From the NCBI GenBank assembly GCA_047602425.1, contig JASGHG010000001.1:2432001-2496000 (forward strand): a stretch of 64,000 nt of DNA. Direction: 5' to 3'. The position numbers were made by a program, and so were the translations under genes. The notes beneath the pieces were generated by a model. The model saw only the letters and a program-made list of their open reading frames with translations. It was not told the DNA's origin and ran no database searches. Below, one piece after another: positions 47,984 to 60,200 of this stretch (positions within the stretch are counted from its first letter, which is position 1; the number at the start of each line of letters is the position of its first letter). The DNA is from Nibricoccus sp. Its GTDB lineage: Bacteria > Verrucomicrobiota > Verrucomicrobiia > Opitutales > Opitutaceae.

Positions 47984-48973
47984 TTAAGGACAGATTTGGA
48001 GGTTTTCAACGAGCAAGGGCGGCAAATGGAGATAGCGGGTGGTTGATCTTTTCCGCTCGATGTCGGCCCAGGCCAGTTCCACGGACTCCGGTGTCATTCC
48101 CGCGGCCTTGGCGACGGAGCCGGCGGGAAGCTTGTGGTTCAAGCCATAAAGACAAAGGTCCATCTTGTCGTAGGGAAGGGCGAAGTAGAATTCATCCTGA
48201 CCTTGCGGCATCGAGTAGGTGTCGGTGGTCGGCTTGCGCTGGCGGATGCCGGCCGGGAGATCGAGGTATTCAGCCAATTGATACACCTGCGTTTTATAAA
48301 GGTGGGCGATCGGTTTGACGTCGGCGGAACCGTCGCCGTTTTTCACGAAGAAACCCTGATCGTATTCCAAGCGATTGGGCGTGCCGGCGACGGCGTAGTT
48401 CAGGCGATCCGCGTGGTAGTATTCGATCATTTTGCGGATGCGTTGCTTGAAATTAGTGGCGGCGACCACGCCCAGATACGCTTTCAGCGGCAGACGTTCA
48501 CGGACGATGCGGCCGTCCGGGGCCTGCGCGACAATGGAAAACGTGGTGAAACCGTGGCCGGTGGCCACGCCGCCGATGACGAGCTTCGAAAGCCATCCGG
48601 GGCCGAATTCCGGGACAACTTCGCGGATCGCCTCGTCGTAGCGGCGATAAAAACCCACGGCTTCGAGCGTGCCTGTAATGTTTTCCTCAATACAAGCGAT
48701 GCCGAGGGAATCAGCCACTTGCTGGCCGAGCGAACTCGACTCCGATTGGGAGTGACGCTCGGGCATGAGAATTCCGAAAACTTTTTCTTTGCCCAGCGCC
48801 CTGACGGCCAAGGCCGCGGTCACGGTGCTGTCGATGCCGCCGGAAAGTCCGATCACCAAGCCGCGCCGTTTGAGTTCTCGGCCGAGCTGCTGGCGTAACG
48901 CCTCGACGATGCGTTGTGTTTCGACCGGAGCATCCAGTTTCAAATCGTTGAGCGAAAAGTCAGTTACGGACAT
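47984..48973 (-). CDS. nadE: NH3-dependent NAD+ synthetase-like ATP pyrophosphatase
   Basis: GLSGGIDS, NFKQRIR, GTPNRLE, GFFVKNGDG and PIAHLYKTQVY. The cluster context suggests a specialised paralog. Confidence 0.75.
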   Translation of the reverse strand: MSVTDFSLNDLKLDAPVETQRIVEALRQQLGRELKRRGLVIGLSGGIDSTVTAALAVRALGKEKVFGILMPERHSQSESSSLGQQVADSLGIACIEENITGTLEAVGFYRRYDEAIREVVPEFGPGWLSKLVIGGVATGHGFTTFSIVAQAPDGRIVRERLPLKAYLGVVAATNFKQRIRKMIEYYHADRLNYAVAGTPNRLEYDQGFFVKNGDGSADVKPIAHLYKTQVYQLAEYLDLPAGIRQRKPTTDTYSMPQGQDEFYFALPYDKMDLCLYGLNHKLPAGSVAKAAGMTPESVELAWADIERKRSTTRYLHLPPLLVENLQICP

Positions 48974-49121
48974 GCGGGGAAAATAGAGACGATCTTTCCT
49001 TCAGGAGAAGTACAAAGGAGGCGCGGCGAGGTCCACCCGATGTTTCGCGAAACATCCAGGTTGGTTTCTATGAAGTAGTTGCGTATGCTCCCGGCGACTC
49101 AGGTATAATCTTACACGCGGA

Positions 49122-49643
49122 TCAGGGTGTCTCAGGGAGGTCCTCAGCGGGACGGGCGGTGGCGATTGGTTTCAAACCGCGCACAAAATCTTCGTAGGGA
49201 TAATCCGGCCCCAAGGGCACGGTGATCCGCGCCAACGGAGCTGCGACGGAGCCTCCCCAGAACATGCGTGGTGGAATGGACCGGCTTACCACGCTGCCTG
49301 CGCGGATGACCGAGTCATCGCCAATTCGCACGCCGGGCAAAATAACGCAATGCGGGCCGACGAAAACGTTGTTACCGATAACGACTGGTTTTTCTCCGCC
49401 GGTGGCCCGGCGCTGGCCCCAGTGAAAATGAGCGAAAATCGACGTGCGCATGCCCAGCGTGCAATTGTCGCCGAGCGTCACGGCGTGAGGATAAATCTCG
49501 TCGATGTAGACGTTCTGGCTCACCCAGCAATTCCGGCCGATTTTGACTCCACGCAAACGGTGCAGGGTCGGTCGAAGCGAATAACCGCCCGGCGCAAGCT
49601 GAGCGAGGCGGGCAAAAAGCGCATTTAGCAGGCGATTCGTCAT
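49122..49643 (-). CDS. Hexapeptide-repeat acyltransferase
   Basis: GVKIGRNC, VTLGDNC and VVIGNNVFVG..ILPGVRIGDDSVIRAGSVV. Confidence 0.85.
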   Translation of the reverse strand: MTNRLLNALFARLAQLAPGGYSLRPTLHRLRGVKIGRNCWVSQNVYIDEIYPHAVTLGDNCTLGMRTSIFAHFHWGQRRATGGEKPVVIGNNVFVGPHCVILPGVRIGDDSVIRAGSVVSRSIPPRMFWGGSVAAPLARITVPLGPDYPYEDFVRGLKPIATARPAEDLPETP

Positions 49644-49727
49644 GGCGGTGGAGGGCAGGAGGAAGGAAGGTGTTTAGAACCCTGTCCCGACCATTTTGCA
49701 AGAGGCAGGTTGGTTGGCCATGAGAGG

Positions 49728-50627
49728 TTATTGGTCCTCGGGTTTAATAAAGGGCCAAGCCATTGATAGTTCGGATGCTGCGATTCCGGTCGCCTGTACG
49801 CTGAGAGCCCACAAATCCGAAGCGGCGTGGGATGTATGAAACGAAGAAAGCGCTGTCACATCGTGTTCGCGGCGCACATATCGGCCGGAAATTCCCTGCA
49901 TCGCGGGTGAGCAGAGGCGCAAAATGCCATCCGCCGCTCTGCCGGGCATCGCCAGATCCCGTTTGAGACTATGACTAACCAAATGGCGGAGCCAAGGAAG
50001 AAGTCCATTGTTCCTCGCGAACGACGAAAAAACGCCGCCGGGTTCGTAAACGTTGGAAGTTATTTTTGTCGGACTGAGGCGTCGCGCAAGTTCGGAAGCG
50101 AATACGATATTGGCCATCTTCGACCGCGCATACGCGAGACGACGGTCGTAGTTTTCGCGGTTGAGTTCCCAGCAGCCATAACCCGGCACCGCGCCGTGAT
50201 TCCCGGAGGAGACGGTGATAACGCCGCCTTCGGGCGCAGCCAGCAGGCGATCGAGCAGCAGGCAAGTCAGCAGGAAATGCCCGAGATGATTGCAGGCGAA
50301 CGTCTGTTCATGTCCATTGGCAGCGCTAAGATACTGATCATTTCTGGCACCCGCGTTGTTGATTAAAATGTCGATAACGGAATGATCGGTGCGAATGGCC
50401 ACGGCGGCGGTTCGCACTTGTTCCGGCTCGGCGAGGTCGGCCGCAATAAAAGTTGCGCTGTCATCGCCATGGCGCCGCCGAATTTTGCGGGCAATTTTCT
50501 CGCCGATTTTCGCCCGTCGGCCGAGCAAGATCACCCTGACATCGTTTCGCGCGAGCCTGAAGGCGACCGCGCGACCGAGGCCGGAAGTGGCGCCGGTGAT
50601 CACAGCGGTTTTACGGCGATCTGGCAT
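49728..50627 (-). CDS. SDR family oxidoreductase
   Basis: TGATSGLG, LINNAG, NHLGHF and YARSK. Confidence 0.9.
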   Translation of the reverse strand: MPDRRKTAVITGATSGLGRAVAFRLARNDVRVILLGRRAKIGEKIARKIRRRHGDDSATFIAADLAEPEQVRTAAVAIRTDHSVIDILINNAGARNDQYLSAANGHEQTFACNHLGHFLLTCLLLDRLLAAPEGGVITVSSGNHGAVPGYGCWELNRENYDRRLAYARSKMANIVFASELARRLSPTKITSNVYEPGGVFSSFARNNGLLPWLRHLVSHSLKRDLAMPGRAADGILRLCSPAMQGISGRYVRREHDVTALSSFHTSHAASDLWALSVQATGIAASELSMAWPFIKPEDQ

Positions 50628-50675
50628 GGAATGACCGGTTAGAGGAATGTGTTCGGGCGGGCCGTCCCGGCGGGA

Positions 50676-51407
50676 TCATTCGTTCCTGGCAGTGAATTCA
50701 AACAACAGATTGGTCCGCAGGGTGAGGCGCTTGGGATAGCCGAACTGCTCAATCGTTCCAATTTCGCGTACCTTCAAACCATGCCTATCGGCTTGAGCTT
50801 GGAGGGATTCCTTGGTGTGGCGGATATAGTGGCCCGGATTTTCCGGATAGCGAAACTCGTAGTGATCGAGGGCGAAAACATCGCCGAGGAATTTGCCGCC
50901 CGGACGCATGCGCTGCCGCACCGTCTCCAGCAACTGGTGCATGACATCGTCGTTGAAATAATAGAGAATCTGGGAGGCCCAAAAATAATCGAACGTGTCC
51001 GAGCCGAGTTCATCGCGCCCAAAGGAGGACGATGCGACAACGCGGGGTTTTTTGTCGGCGAGACGATGCCTTGCGATCTGGGTATGGGCGGCGGCGATAC
51101 GATCCTGGGCTATGTCGATGCCGGTGTAGCGATTTGGCTCAAGGTATTTGATAAAGGCAATGCCGCCCTGGAGCGGGCCACAACCAATGTCGAGCAAGGT
51201 GTGGTGGGGTTTGAGGCCGTTGCTTTGGAGCAGTCGCAATTGGTAGCGTTGCAGTTGGCTCCAGAAACCCAGCGGACCCACCATCGCTTCGAAACGGTGA
51301 TGGTCGCGCAACCCCGGGATGAAGGCGCGGAGACCGTAGGCGCGCCGCCGAAGATGCTGCAATTGACGCTTGAGCTGGTGCACGAGAGGTCCTTGGGACA
51401 TAGGCAT
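50676..51407 (-). CDS. Class I SAM-dependent methyltransferase
   Basis: LLDIGCGPLQGG, YTGIDI and MRPGGKF. Confidence 0.85.
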   Translation of the reverse strand: MPMSQGPLVHQLKRQLQHLRRRAYGLRAFIPGLRDHHRFEAMVGPLGFWSQLQRYQLRLLQSNGLKPHHTLLDIGCGPLQGGIAFIKYLEPNRYTGIDIAQDRIAAAHTQIARHRLADKKPRVVASSSFGRDELGSDTFDYFWASQILYYFNDDVMHQLLETVRQRMRPGGKFLGDVFALDHYEFRYPENPGHYIRHTKESLQAQADRHGLKVREIGTIEQFGYPKRLTLRTNLLFEFTARNE

Positions 51408-51509
51408 GATGCGGTGGCGATTCGGGACGATACAGAGTTGGAGGCTGGCGTAGTCAATACATCGCTTGTTCGCTCGACCTGGCAAATCGGCCAATGCAAA
51501 TTATTCGAC

Positions 51510-52280
51510 GTGGATCCCCATGACTCAAACGTCTGGTTGCTCGAAGCGAACACGGTGCATGTCTGGCACGCGCGTGTGTCGGCGCTGGGACAGGTCTTGC
51601 CGCTACTAGCGCGATCGTTGGCCAACGATGAGCGGAAACGCGTCGAAGGTTTTTTTCGCGCCGAGGATCGCGAACGCTTTGTCGCCGCGCATGGAATTTT
51701 AAGGCACGTTCTTGGCTGCTATCTGAAGGTTCGACCGGAGTTTTTGACCTTTGAGAAAACCGGGCAGGGCAAACCTCAGCTTGCGGCCGATTTTGCCGCG
51801 CCGAAAATTCGTTTCAACCTGGCGCATTCCGGTGACGTTGTGGCGCTTGCTTTCGCACGTGAGACGGAAGTCGGAATCGACGTCGAAGAAATTAACGCCC
51901 GGTTGGATCCGCTGGACCTTGCACAGAGCCAATTTTCGGAACGGGAGCTTGAAGGCTTGCGGGCGCTTTCGATGGACAATCTTCGCGAAGCTTTTTTTCA
52001 CTGTTGGGCGCGCAAGGAGGCCTATCTGAAAGCTCGCGGCGACGGATTGTTTTTCGCGCTCAACCGGTTTGCGGTGTCCGTGGAGCCGGGCCAGCCCGCG
52101 GCGTTGCTCTGGGTCGACGATGATATTGCGGCCGCGCAGACCTGGCGTCTGCACGATTTAGATCTAGGTGCGGGTTATGCCGCCGCTCTGGCTTTGCCCG
52201 ACACGCGGGCTGAAATTGCTGTGCGGCCTTGGGATCGCCGTTGGCTTTGCGAAGGTACCGCGAACGCTGACGTCCTTTAG
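51510..52280 (+). CDS. Sfp-type 4'-phosphopantetheinyl transferase
   Basis: GKPQL, FNLAHSG, VGIDVE and WARKEAYLKARG. Start is approximate. Confidence 0.9.
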   Translation: MDPHDSNVWLLEANTVHVWHARVSALGQVLPLLARSLANDERKRVEGFFRAEDRERFVAAHGILRHVLGCYLKVRPEFLTFEKTGQGKPQLAADFAAPKIRFNLAHSGDVVALAFARETEVGIDVEEINARLDPLDLAQSQFSERELEGLRALSMDNLREAFFHCWARKEAYLKARGDGLFFALNRFAVSVEPGQPAALLWVDDDIAAAQTWRLHDLDLGAGYAAALALPDTRAEIAVRPWDRRWLCEGTANADVL

Positions 52281-52314
52281 GTATTACTATTTGTTTGGCA
52301 AACCGCCTCTTTTT

Positions 52315-53163
52315 TCACGCGCTATCCTGGACGGCGAGCAACCTGCGTTTGGCGACGAAACTAAGGAAGGCAACTCCGGCGACGAAGCAGATCAGGTAGT
52401 TGGCCACGAAACGGTGGAGGAAATGATAGATGCCGGCGAGCGACAGACCGAAGCCTTCCTGAAAAAGGGTGATCACTCCGGCGACGAGGGTGGGCAGAAA
52501 CACCGCCATGCCCCAAAGCACGAACCGCTTCCTATCGTCCTGATAAGGCGTTTGTGGATTGGTTTTTGCACGATTCAAAAATCCTAGGTAAGCGACAGCC
52601 AAAGCCACCGTGCCTCCGATTGAGCTGATCATCCACATGACGCGGAAAATCTCCACATTGGTGGTGCCGATATTGAAGAGATGGAAATGGAGGGACGGCA
52701 GATGGTGCGACAGCCAGCGGCCTTTGTTGGTGAGCGAATCCCACCCGATGTGCAGCCAGATGCCGATGAAGAGCGAAAGGGCGGTTGCCAGCACGGTATG
52801 TTTTCGACCGCACAGCGGACGAAGGGCATCCCTGTGCGGGTTGGGCAAAGTTTCGATCAAGGAGCCGCGCAGGGCATTGAATAAACCGAGCACAAGCAAA
52901 CCCACGGGGATGCAAAAGAAGATGCTGCCGAGAAAGTCATGGGTCAGATCGTCCCATTCCCAGTCGGCTTTGATGCTCTCGAAGTTCGCGGCGAGATCGC
53001 CAAAAATGAATTTAACGGTATCGACATAGCTATTGAGGTCCGCGGCTGCGTAGCCGAAGTCCGGAGCGACGGAACCTGCAATCAGGGCGGAAAAACTCAG
53101 GTGTTTCGGACAAAAACGTCGCAAGGGAAGGACCGCGGCGGGATGGGCGATTGGCAATGGCAT
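52315..53163 (-). CDS. DUF4184 family membrane protein
   Basis: MPLPIAHPAAVLPL, GSVAPDF and HIGWDSLT. Confidence 0.8.
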   Translation of the reverse strand: MPLPIAHPAAVLPLRRFCPKHLSFSALIAGSVAPDFGYAAADLNSYVDTVKFIFGDLAANFESIKADWEWDDLTHDFLGSIFFCIPVGLLVLGLFNALRGSLIETLPNPHRDALRPLCGRKHTVLATALSLFIGIWLHIGWDSLTNKGRWLSHHLPSLHFHLFNIGTTNVEIFRVMWMISSIGGTVALAVAYLGFLNRAKTNPQTPYQDDRKRFVLWGMAVFLPTLVAGVITLFQEGFGLSLAGIYHFLHRFVANYLICFVAGVAFLSFVAKRRLLAVQDSA

Positions 53164-53288
53164 CGGCTACGTTTACTGAGGGAGTGCTTTGTGGGACGGA
53201 TGTTGCAATTGTAAAACGCTGGGGTGGAGAAACAAGAGACGGTTAATAGCTGGAGCTTTTTTGAATTTTTGCTAGATGGTACAGGTGC

Positions 53289-54221
53289 ATGGGTCCAGCT
53301 GCGAAACCTCCAAGGTTTAGCATATTAATACCAACTTACAACCGACAGGAGTTGGTTTGTCTCACCGTCGAGTCCGTGCTGGCCCAGAGTTTTGGCGATT
53401 ATGAGTTGATCGTTATCGATGACGGTTCCACGGACCAGACGGTTAAGAGGCTCGAAGCGTACGGGCCCTGCGTCAAAATTCTCGTCCAGAAAAACAGCGG
53501 TCCGGAGATAGCGCGTCGCAACGGTGCCGCTCTTGCCACGGGCGATTACCTTGTGCTGCTGGATAACGACGATCTGCTCTATCCCTGGGCGTTGTCGACT
53601 TACGATCGCCTTATCCGGGCGCTGGGTTCGCCGCCGCTGCTCCTCGGGGCTGTTTACGAATTTACGGAAAATCGCCGGCATCCGGAAATCAATGTTCGCA
53701 GCGCCACGATTGAGTACCTGCGTTTCCGCGACTTCCTGTCGAAAGACGTTTCCGTAAATCACATTTGCAGTCAGATTGTGATCAAGCGTTCCGAGGCGGA
53801 GGCGATGAAGCCGCTGCGCACCGGTGCCTGGCCGTACGAACCATCGGATATCATGCTGCGACTGGCCACGTGTCAGCCGTTCGTTGTCATTCAGCAGCCG
53901 TATATGGTGGGATATCGTATGCATGCGACGAATACAATTTGGCGAAGAGATTTTCCGTATTCTGCATTTTTATCGTTGGCCCGTGCTGAGCGCCGCGGGG
54001 AATATCCAGGAGGGTCGGCGCGTCGATTTGATCGACGGGCTTACATTGGGGGAATGGCCTTGTTTTCGATGCGCTGGGCGATGAGACGCGACCAATATCG
54101 GCTCGCTCTCCACCTGCTGCTGCACGTGGGCACCATGATGCCGGCCGCTTTGCTCAAACGCTTCACCCGTTTGTGCCGGAAACGGACCGCTACCAGTCGC
54201 ATGCCGTTGAACGATAACTGA
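53289..54221 (+). CDS. Glycosyltransferase family 2
   Basis: SILIPTYNR, IDDGSTD and LLDNDD. Confidence 0.9.
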   Translation: MGPAAKPPRFSILIPTYNRQELVCLTVESVLAQSFGDYELIVIDDGSTDQTVKRLEAYGPCVKILVQKNSGPEIARRNGAALATGDYLVLLDNDDLLYPWALSTYDRLIRALGSPPLLLGAVYEFTENRRHPEINVRSATIEYLRFRDFLSKDVSVNHICSQIVIKRSEAEAMKPLRTGAWPYEPSDIMLRLATCQPFVVIQQPYMVGYRMHATNTIWRRDFPYSAFLSLARAERRGEYPGGSARRFDRRAYIGGMALFSMRWAMRRDQYRLALHLLLHVGTMMPAALLKRFTRLCRKRTATSRMPLNDN

Positions 54222-54236
54222 AGCACGGGCGTGAAG

Positions 54237-57200
54237 CTACTGCTTGCCGGCGGGGGCGATTTCGCGGGCTTCAATCAAGTCGATTCGCTGGCGCAACTCT
54301 CGGGCGAGATGTTGAACAAACGGTGTCATGAGCATCGCGTGAGGATTCACCGGCAGGGCGATTACCTCCAATCCGCCGGTCACACAGTCTCCCCAGCCCA
54401 TTTTTGGATCTGGAAAAAAGTTGTAGTTTTTCCGCGGTTTAAAAACGGTGGCGGAGCCGCCGTAGATTTCCGGCTGGTAGGCGTCCGCTGCGGCATCGTT
54501 GATCTCCTGCACCGTGGCCTCGCCCGGCTGACGGGCGCGCTTGGAGAACAAGGATTTTGAAAGATTCTTCCAAAGGGCGCGCAATTCGCCATCGGTGGCG
54601 ATGCGGATTTTGTTGGCCAGATAGCCCGACAGATCTTTCCAGGAGAGGCTCGCGATGTTGCGTCCATGGAACGAAACCTTTTGCCAGAGGTAGGGCAGGG
54701 CCCTGGCTTTGTTCATCTGGGTAAAGTTATAGGTGTCGAAGAGCGCGAGCAGCGCCACCTCCTCGCCTTCCTGCCGCAGTCGTTGCGCCATCTCGTAGGC
54801 AATGGTGCCGCCCAGGCAGTAGCCGCCGAGGCAGTAAGGGCCGTGTGGCTGAAGGGCTCGGATTTCCTCCAGATAGTGTTCCGCCATCGCCTGGACGGTG
54901 GTCAATGGTTTGGTTTTCCGGTCCAAACCCTGGGATTGGAGGCCATAGAAGGGGTAGTCGGGTCCCAAGGCGCGCACCAGGTCGCGATAAAGCAGGATGT
55001 TTCCGCCCGCGCCGTGTACGCAAAAGAAGCGGGGTTTTGTGCCTGCCGGTTGTATTGGCACGAGCGAGTTCCAGCCTTTGGTAGTGTTGGATACGGTTTC
55101 GAGTTCGGCGGCGAGCGCGGCGACGGTGGGAGCCCGGAAGAGCGTGGCGAGAGGAATGCGTCGTTTGAATTCGCGCTCGATCTCGTTGAACAAGGACACG
55201 GCGAGAATGGAGTATCCGCCTAGGGCAAAAAAGTCGTCCGTGCGGCCGACGCGAGGAACTTTTAACAGCGTGCCCATCATGGCCGCCAATTTCTCCTCTG
55301 TTGGACTCCGTGGCGGTTCGTACGAAGCCTCGGGAATGGCGATTTTATCGGGTTCGGGTAGTGCCTTGCGATCGATTTTACCATTCGGTGTGAGCGGAAG
55401 CTCCGGCAGGAACACGAAGGTCGATGGAATCATGTATTCCGGCAGGTTGGTCCTCAGCGAAGTGCGCAGGGCTCCCATCTCAAGATTGACCGTGGCGGAA
55501 GATCCGTTGGAACCGTTTTGTGCCGCAGGCGGTTGTTTCGGTACGAGGTAGGCGACAAGGCGTTTTTCGCCCGGAGTATCCTCGCGCACAACGACCACGG
55601 CGCGGGCAACGCCGTCGATGGCGGCGAGCGCGGTCTCGATCTCGCCGATCTCGATGCGGAATCCGCGGATCTTTACCTGGAAGTCGGATCGGCCGAGAAA
55701 CTCGATGCGCCCATCGCTGCGGTAGCGGGCGAGATCGCCGGTGCGATAGAGCCTGGCGTCTGGTTGTTGAACGAAGGGATTGGGTATGAACTTCTCGCGT
55801 GTCAGTTCTGGACGGTTCAGATACCCGCGGGCGACGCCATCGCCGCCAATCAACAAGTCGCCGATGACGCCCGGCGGGGTCGGGCGGCCGCTGGAATCGA
55901 GGATGTAGACCTGGGTGTTGGCAATGGGCTTGCCGATGGTAATGAGTTCGTCGGGCTTTAGTCTTTCCAAGGTCGACCAGATTGTGGTCTCGGTCGGGCC
56001 ATACATGTTCCAGAGTTCGCCGCAGCGCTTGAGCAACTGGTCGGCGAGGCCGCGATCAATGGCCTCACCGCCGCAGAGGATTTTGAGGCGCGGGTTTCCG
56101 TCCCAACCGGCGTCGATCAGCATGCGCCAGGTTGCCGGGGTTGCCTGCATCAGGGTGGTGTTAGAGGTGGCAATGAGTTTGGCCAGGCGTAATCCATCAA
56201 TGGCATCCTCACGGGAGGCGATGACCACTTTTGCCCCTGTTGTCAGGGGCAGGAAAAGTTCCAGGCCGGCGATGTCGAACGACAAGGTCGTAATGGCGAG
56301 CAGCACGTCGTCGGGGCGCAAGCCGGGTTCCTGTCGCATGGAATGCAGGAAATTCACGACGGCCCGGTGGGAAATCTGCACTCCCTTGGGTCGGCCGGTG
56401 GAACCGGAGGTGAAAAGAACGTAGGCCAGATTTGACGATGTAGAGTGGTTGTGCCGAGTCTGCTCGCGCGCAGCTGGGGTGGAACGGGTCAGTTTATCGA
56501 CCTGCACGATCTCGGCCTGGTGGTCCGGCAGATCGACCACGAGTCGGGACTGGGTGAGCAGCACCGGAATTTTAGCGTCGCTGACCATGTAACTCAGGCG
56601 ATCTTTTGGGAACGCAGGGTCGAGCGGGATGTAGTAACCGCCCGCTTTCAGTGTTGCGAGCAGGGCGACCACCATGTCGATCGACCGTTCAACAAAAATG
56701 CCGACAGGGGTTTCGACACCGACGCCTTTTCCCCGAAGCTCGGCAGCTAACTGCTCTGCCCGATGGTTCAACTCGGCATAGGAAATGCGGGAGCCTTCGT
56801 GTTCGAGGGCGATGGAGTTTGGCGTTCGAGCCGCCTGAGCTTCAAACAAGCCGTGTACAGTTTGTTCGGTCGGATAAGCGAGGGCCGTGCGATTCCAATC
56901 GACGAGAATTTTCCGTTCTTCGTCTGGAGGCAGGAGGGTGAGTTTGGAAATTTCCTGATCGGGATTTCCCACCATGCTTTCCATCAAGCATTCGAAATGA
57001 GCCAGCATGCGCCCGGCGGTTTCCGCCGTGAAAAGATCGGTGGAGTACTCAAGCCAGAGCAGCAACTCGTCGCCTTTTTCACGCGCGAGAAGGGTCAGGT
57101 CATACTTTGAGGTGGCGGTACTGACTGGATCGGTTTTGGCCTCGAGTCCGGCCAGCTGAAGCGGATGGTGATCTTCCTGGAGGAACATCAATGCGACTTG

Positions 57201-60200
57201 GAAAAGTGGCGCATGGCTGAGATTTCTCTCGGGCTTCAAGGCACGCACCAGCATTTCGAACGGCAACTCGTCGATCGAAAGGGCATCGAGCGTGGATTGC
57301 CGGACTTGGGCGAGCAGTTGCATTACATTTAGCGGAGACGAGAAATCGGCCCGCAAGGGGATCATGTTGACGAAAAATCCGATCAGAGGCTCGAACTCGA
57401 CGCGGCTCCGATTCGTGACCGGCGAGCCGACGAGTATGTCCGACTGGCCGGAATAGCGGTGGAGGAACGCCTGCAATCCCGCGAGAAGGGTCATGAACGG
57501 CGTCGCGTTGTTGTTTTCGCCCAAGCGCCGGATCTTGTCGGTCAGTGCGGGGCCGAGCGTGCGCTCGCAGTAGGCCCCGCGATAGCTTTGTTGGGCCGGA
57601 CGAGGAAAATCTGTCGGAAGTTCGAGCAGCGGGGGTACGCCTTTGAGACGATCGATCCAATATTTCAGAGCCTGTTCAAGACGCCCTGTTTTCAGGAGCG
57701 AATGCTGCCAGTGGGCAAAGTCTGCGTATTGCCGTCCCAAGGGTGGCAGCACGGCCGGTCGACCGTCGAGAAAATCGGCGTACAAGGTGGACAGCTCGCG
57801 AAACAACACTTCGAAGGACCACCCGTCGGCCACGATATGGTGAACGGTCAGCGCCAAAAAATGGTCTTCCGGAGCGAGCTTCAAAAGATGGGCGTGAAAC
57901 AACGGACCACGGGACAGCCGCATGGGCCGGCGCGCAATTTCCTCCATTTTTAGCCAGGCCGCCCGTTCCATTGCCGATGGCGTACTGATCGGTATGTCGA
58001 CGACGGTCAGCTTGAAATCGACCGTCTCAAGGATCTGCTGCACGGGCGGACGATCATTCTCGGAGGGCGGAAAAATGGTGCGCAACGATTCGTGGCGGCG
58101 CACGATTTCGGCGAGGGCCTGTTCGAGACAGTCCGCGCGGAACGCGCCGCGGAGCCGGACGGCAAAGGCAATGTTATTGAGAGCGGAAGCTTCCTCGAGT
58201 TGGTCAAGAAACCAGAGACGCTCTTGTGAAAACGAAAGAAGCGGAGGCTCGGACGCAGGCCGCTTGGGAGACGGCTCTGGTTGTACCTTTACCAGCTCGC
58301 CGCCATGGGACGTTCCATTGTTGGCGGACGAACCGTTGAGTGCCTCGCTCGCGGGCGCGGGGACATGAGACGGCGAAATTTTCAGCGCGAGTTTTTCCAC
58401 CGTGGGCGCGGAGAAAACGGCGGAAAGAGGCAGTTCGCGGCCGAAATGCTGCCGGATGCGCGAAACGACTTTCAAGGCCAGCAGGGAATGTCCGCCCAGT
58501 TCGAAGAAGTTGTCGCACACGCCCACTTGCGGCGCCCGCAGGACTTCCTGCCAGATTGCGGCGACCTGTCTTTCGACCTCGTTGCGTGGGCGGACGTGCG
58601 ACGCCGCGGTATCGGAGGCGGGTTCAAAGGCGGGAAGTGCCTTGCGATCGATCTTGCCGTTGGCCGATAGCGGAAGGTTTTGGAGAAACACAAACGCCGC
58701 GGGCACCATATAGTCGGGCACTTGCTTGAGCAGGTGTTCGCGCAACGCGGGGATTTCCGGTTTGGCTGCCCCTGACACCAGATAGGCGACGAGGCGTTTG
58801 TCTCCGGCGGTTGCTTCGCGGGCGACGACGACAGCTTCCTTCACTGCGGGATGCTGAACGAGTACGGACTCGATTTCGCCCAATTCTATTCTCAGGCCGC
58901 GTATTTTTACCTGATGATCGATGCGGGCAAGGTACTCGATGCTGCCATCCGGCAGCCACCGCGCGAGGTCGCCGGTTTTATAAAGCCTGGCGTTTGGTTC
59001 GGTGTTGAACGGGTCGGGGATGAACTTCTCGGCCGTGAGATCGGGTCGGTTGTAGTAGCCGAGTCCGACTTGCACGCCGCCGAGATGCAATTCGCCGGGC
59101 AAGCCGACCGGCAGAGGATTCAGATGGGAATCGAGAACGTAAGTTTGCGTGTTGGCCACCGGCCGGCCGATCGGAACGATCTTGGACTGACTGTTGCGCT
59201 GGCAGGCCCAATAAGTGACGTCAACCGCGGCCTCGGTCGGGCCGTAAAGATTTTCCAGATTGGCCGGCAGACGGGCAAAAAACGCTTCCTGCAAATCGTG
59301 GGGCAATGCTTCGCCGCTGCAGATGACCTCTCGCAGGCAACGGCACCGTTCGACTCCCGGTTCCTCGAGGAACACCCGGAGCATGGACGGGACAAAGTGC
59401 ATGACCGTGATTTTTTCACGGCAAATGATATCGCACAGGTACGCGGGGTCTTGATGGCCGCCGGGAATGGCCACGACAAGCCGGGCTCCGGTGAGCAGCG
59501 GCCAGAAAAACTCCCATACCGACACATCGAAGCTAAAAGGAGTCTTTTGGAGAACCGAATCGTTCGGCGTGAGCTTGTACTCATCTTGCATCCAAAGGAG
59601 CCGGTTCACGATGCCGCGGTGGGAGTTTAACGCGCCTTTGGGCCGGCCGGTCGAGCCGGAGGTATAGATCATGTAGGCCGGATCGGCAGCCGTAGCGGTA
59701 TTTGGTGGTTCTGCAGGACTCTGTTCCGCGATTTGTCCCCATTCGGAATCGAGGCTGACGGTGGAGGCTTGATGAGACGGCAGGTTTTTCAGCAAATGCT
59801 GCTGTGTGAGCAGCACCTGCACCTGCGAATCTTCCAGCATGTAGGCGACACGATTTTGCGGATACGAGGGATCGATCGGAACGTACGCAGCGCCGGCTTT
59901 TAGGATTCCGAGCAAGCCCACCACCAGTTCCAGCGAGCGTTCTACGCAGATGCCGACCAAACTGCCAGGTCCCAAGCCGCGCCCCTGAAGAAAATGCGCC
60001 AGCTGGTTGGCCCTTGCGTTGAGTTCGCCATAGGTCAGATGGCGGCTTTCGAAGACCACGGCGGACGCATCCGGTGTGCGCTTGACCTGTGCCTCGATGA
60101 GTTGATGCAGGCAGACATCGCGGGGATAGGCGACGGCGGTGTTGTTCCAATCGATCAGAATCTTTTGACGCTCGTCGCTGGACAGAATCGGAATTTCCTG

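Noticed and set aside
50649..51509. Apparent 543-aa PPTase with a long N-terminal domain
   Set aside because: The extension is the antisense frame of the methyltransferase; only the last ~255 aa are PPTase-like.
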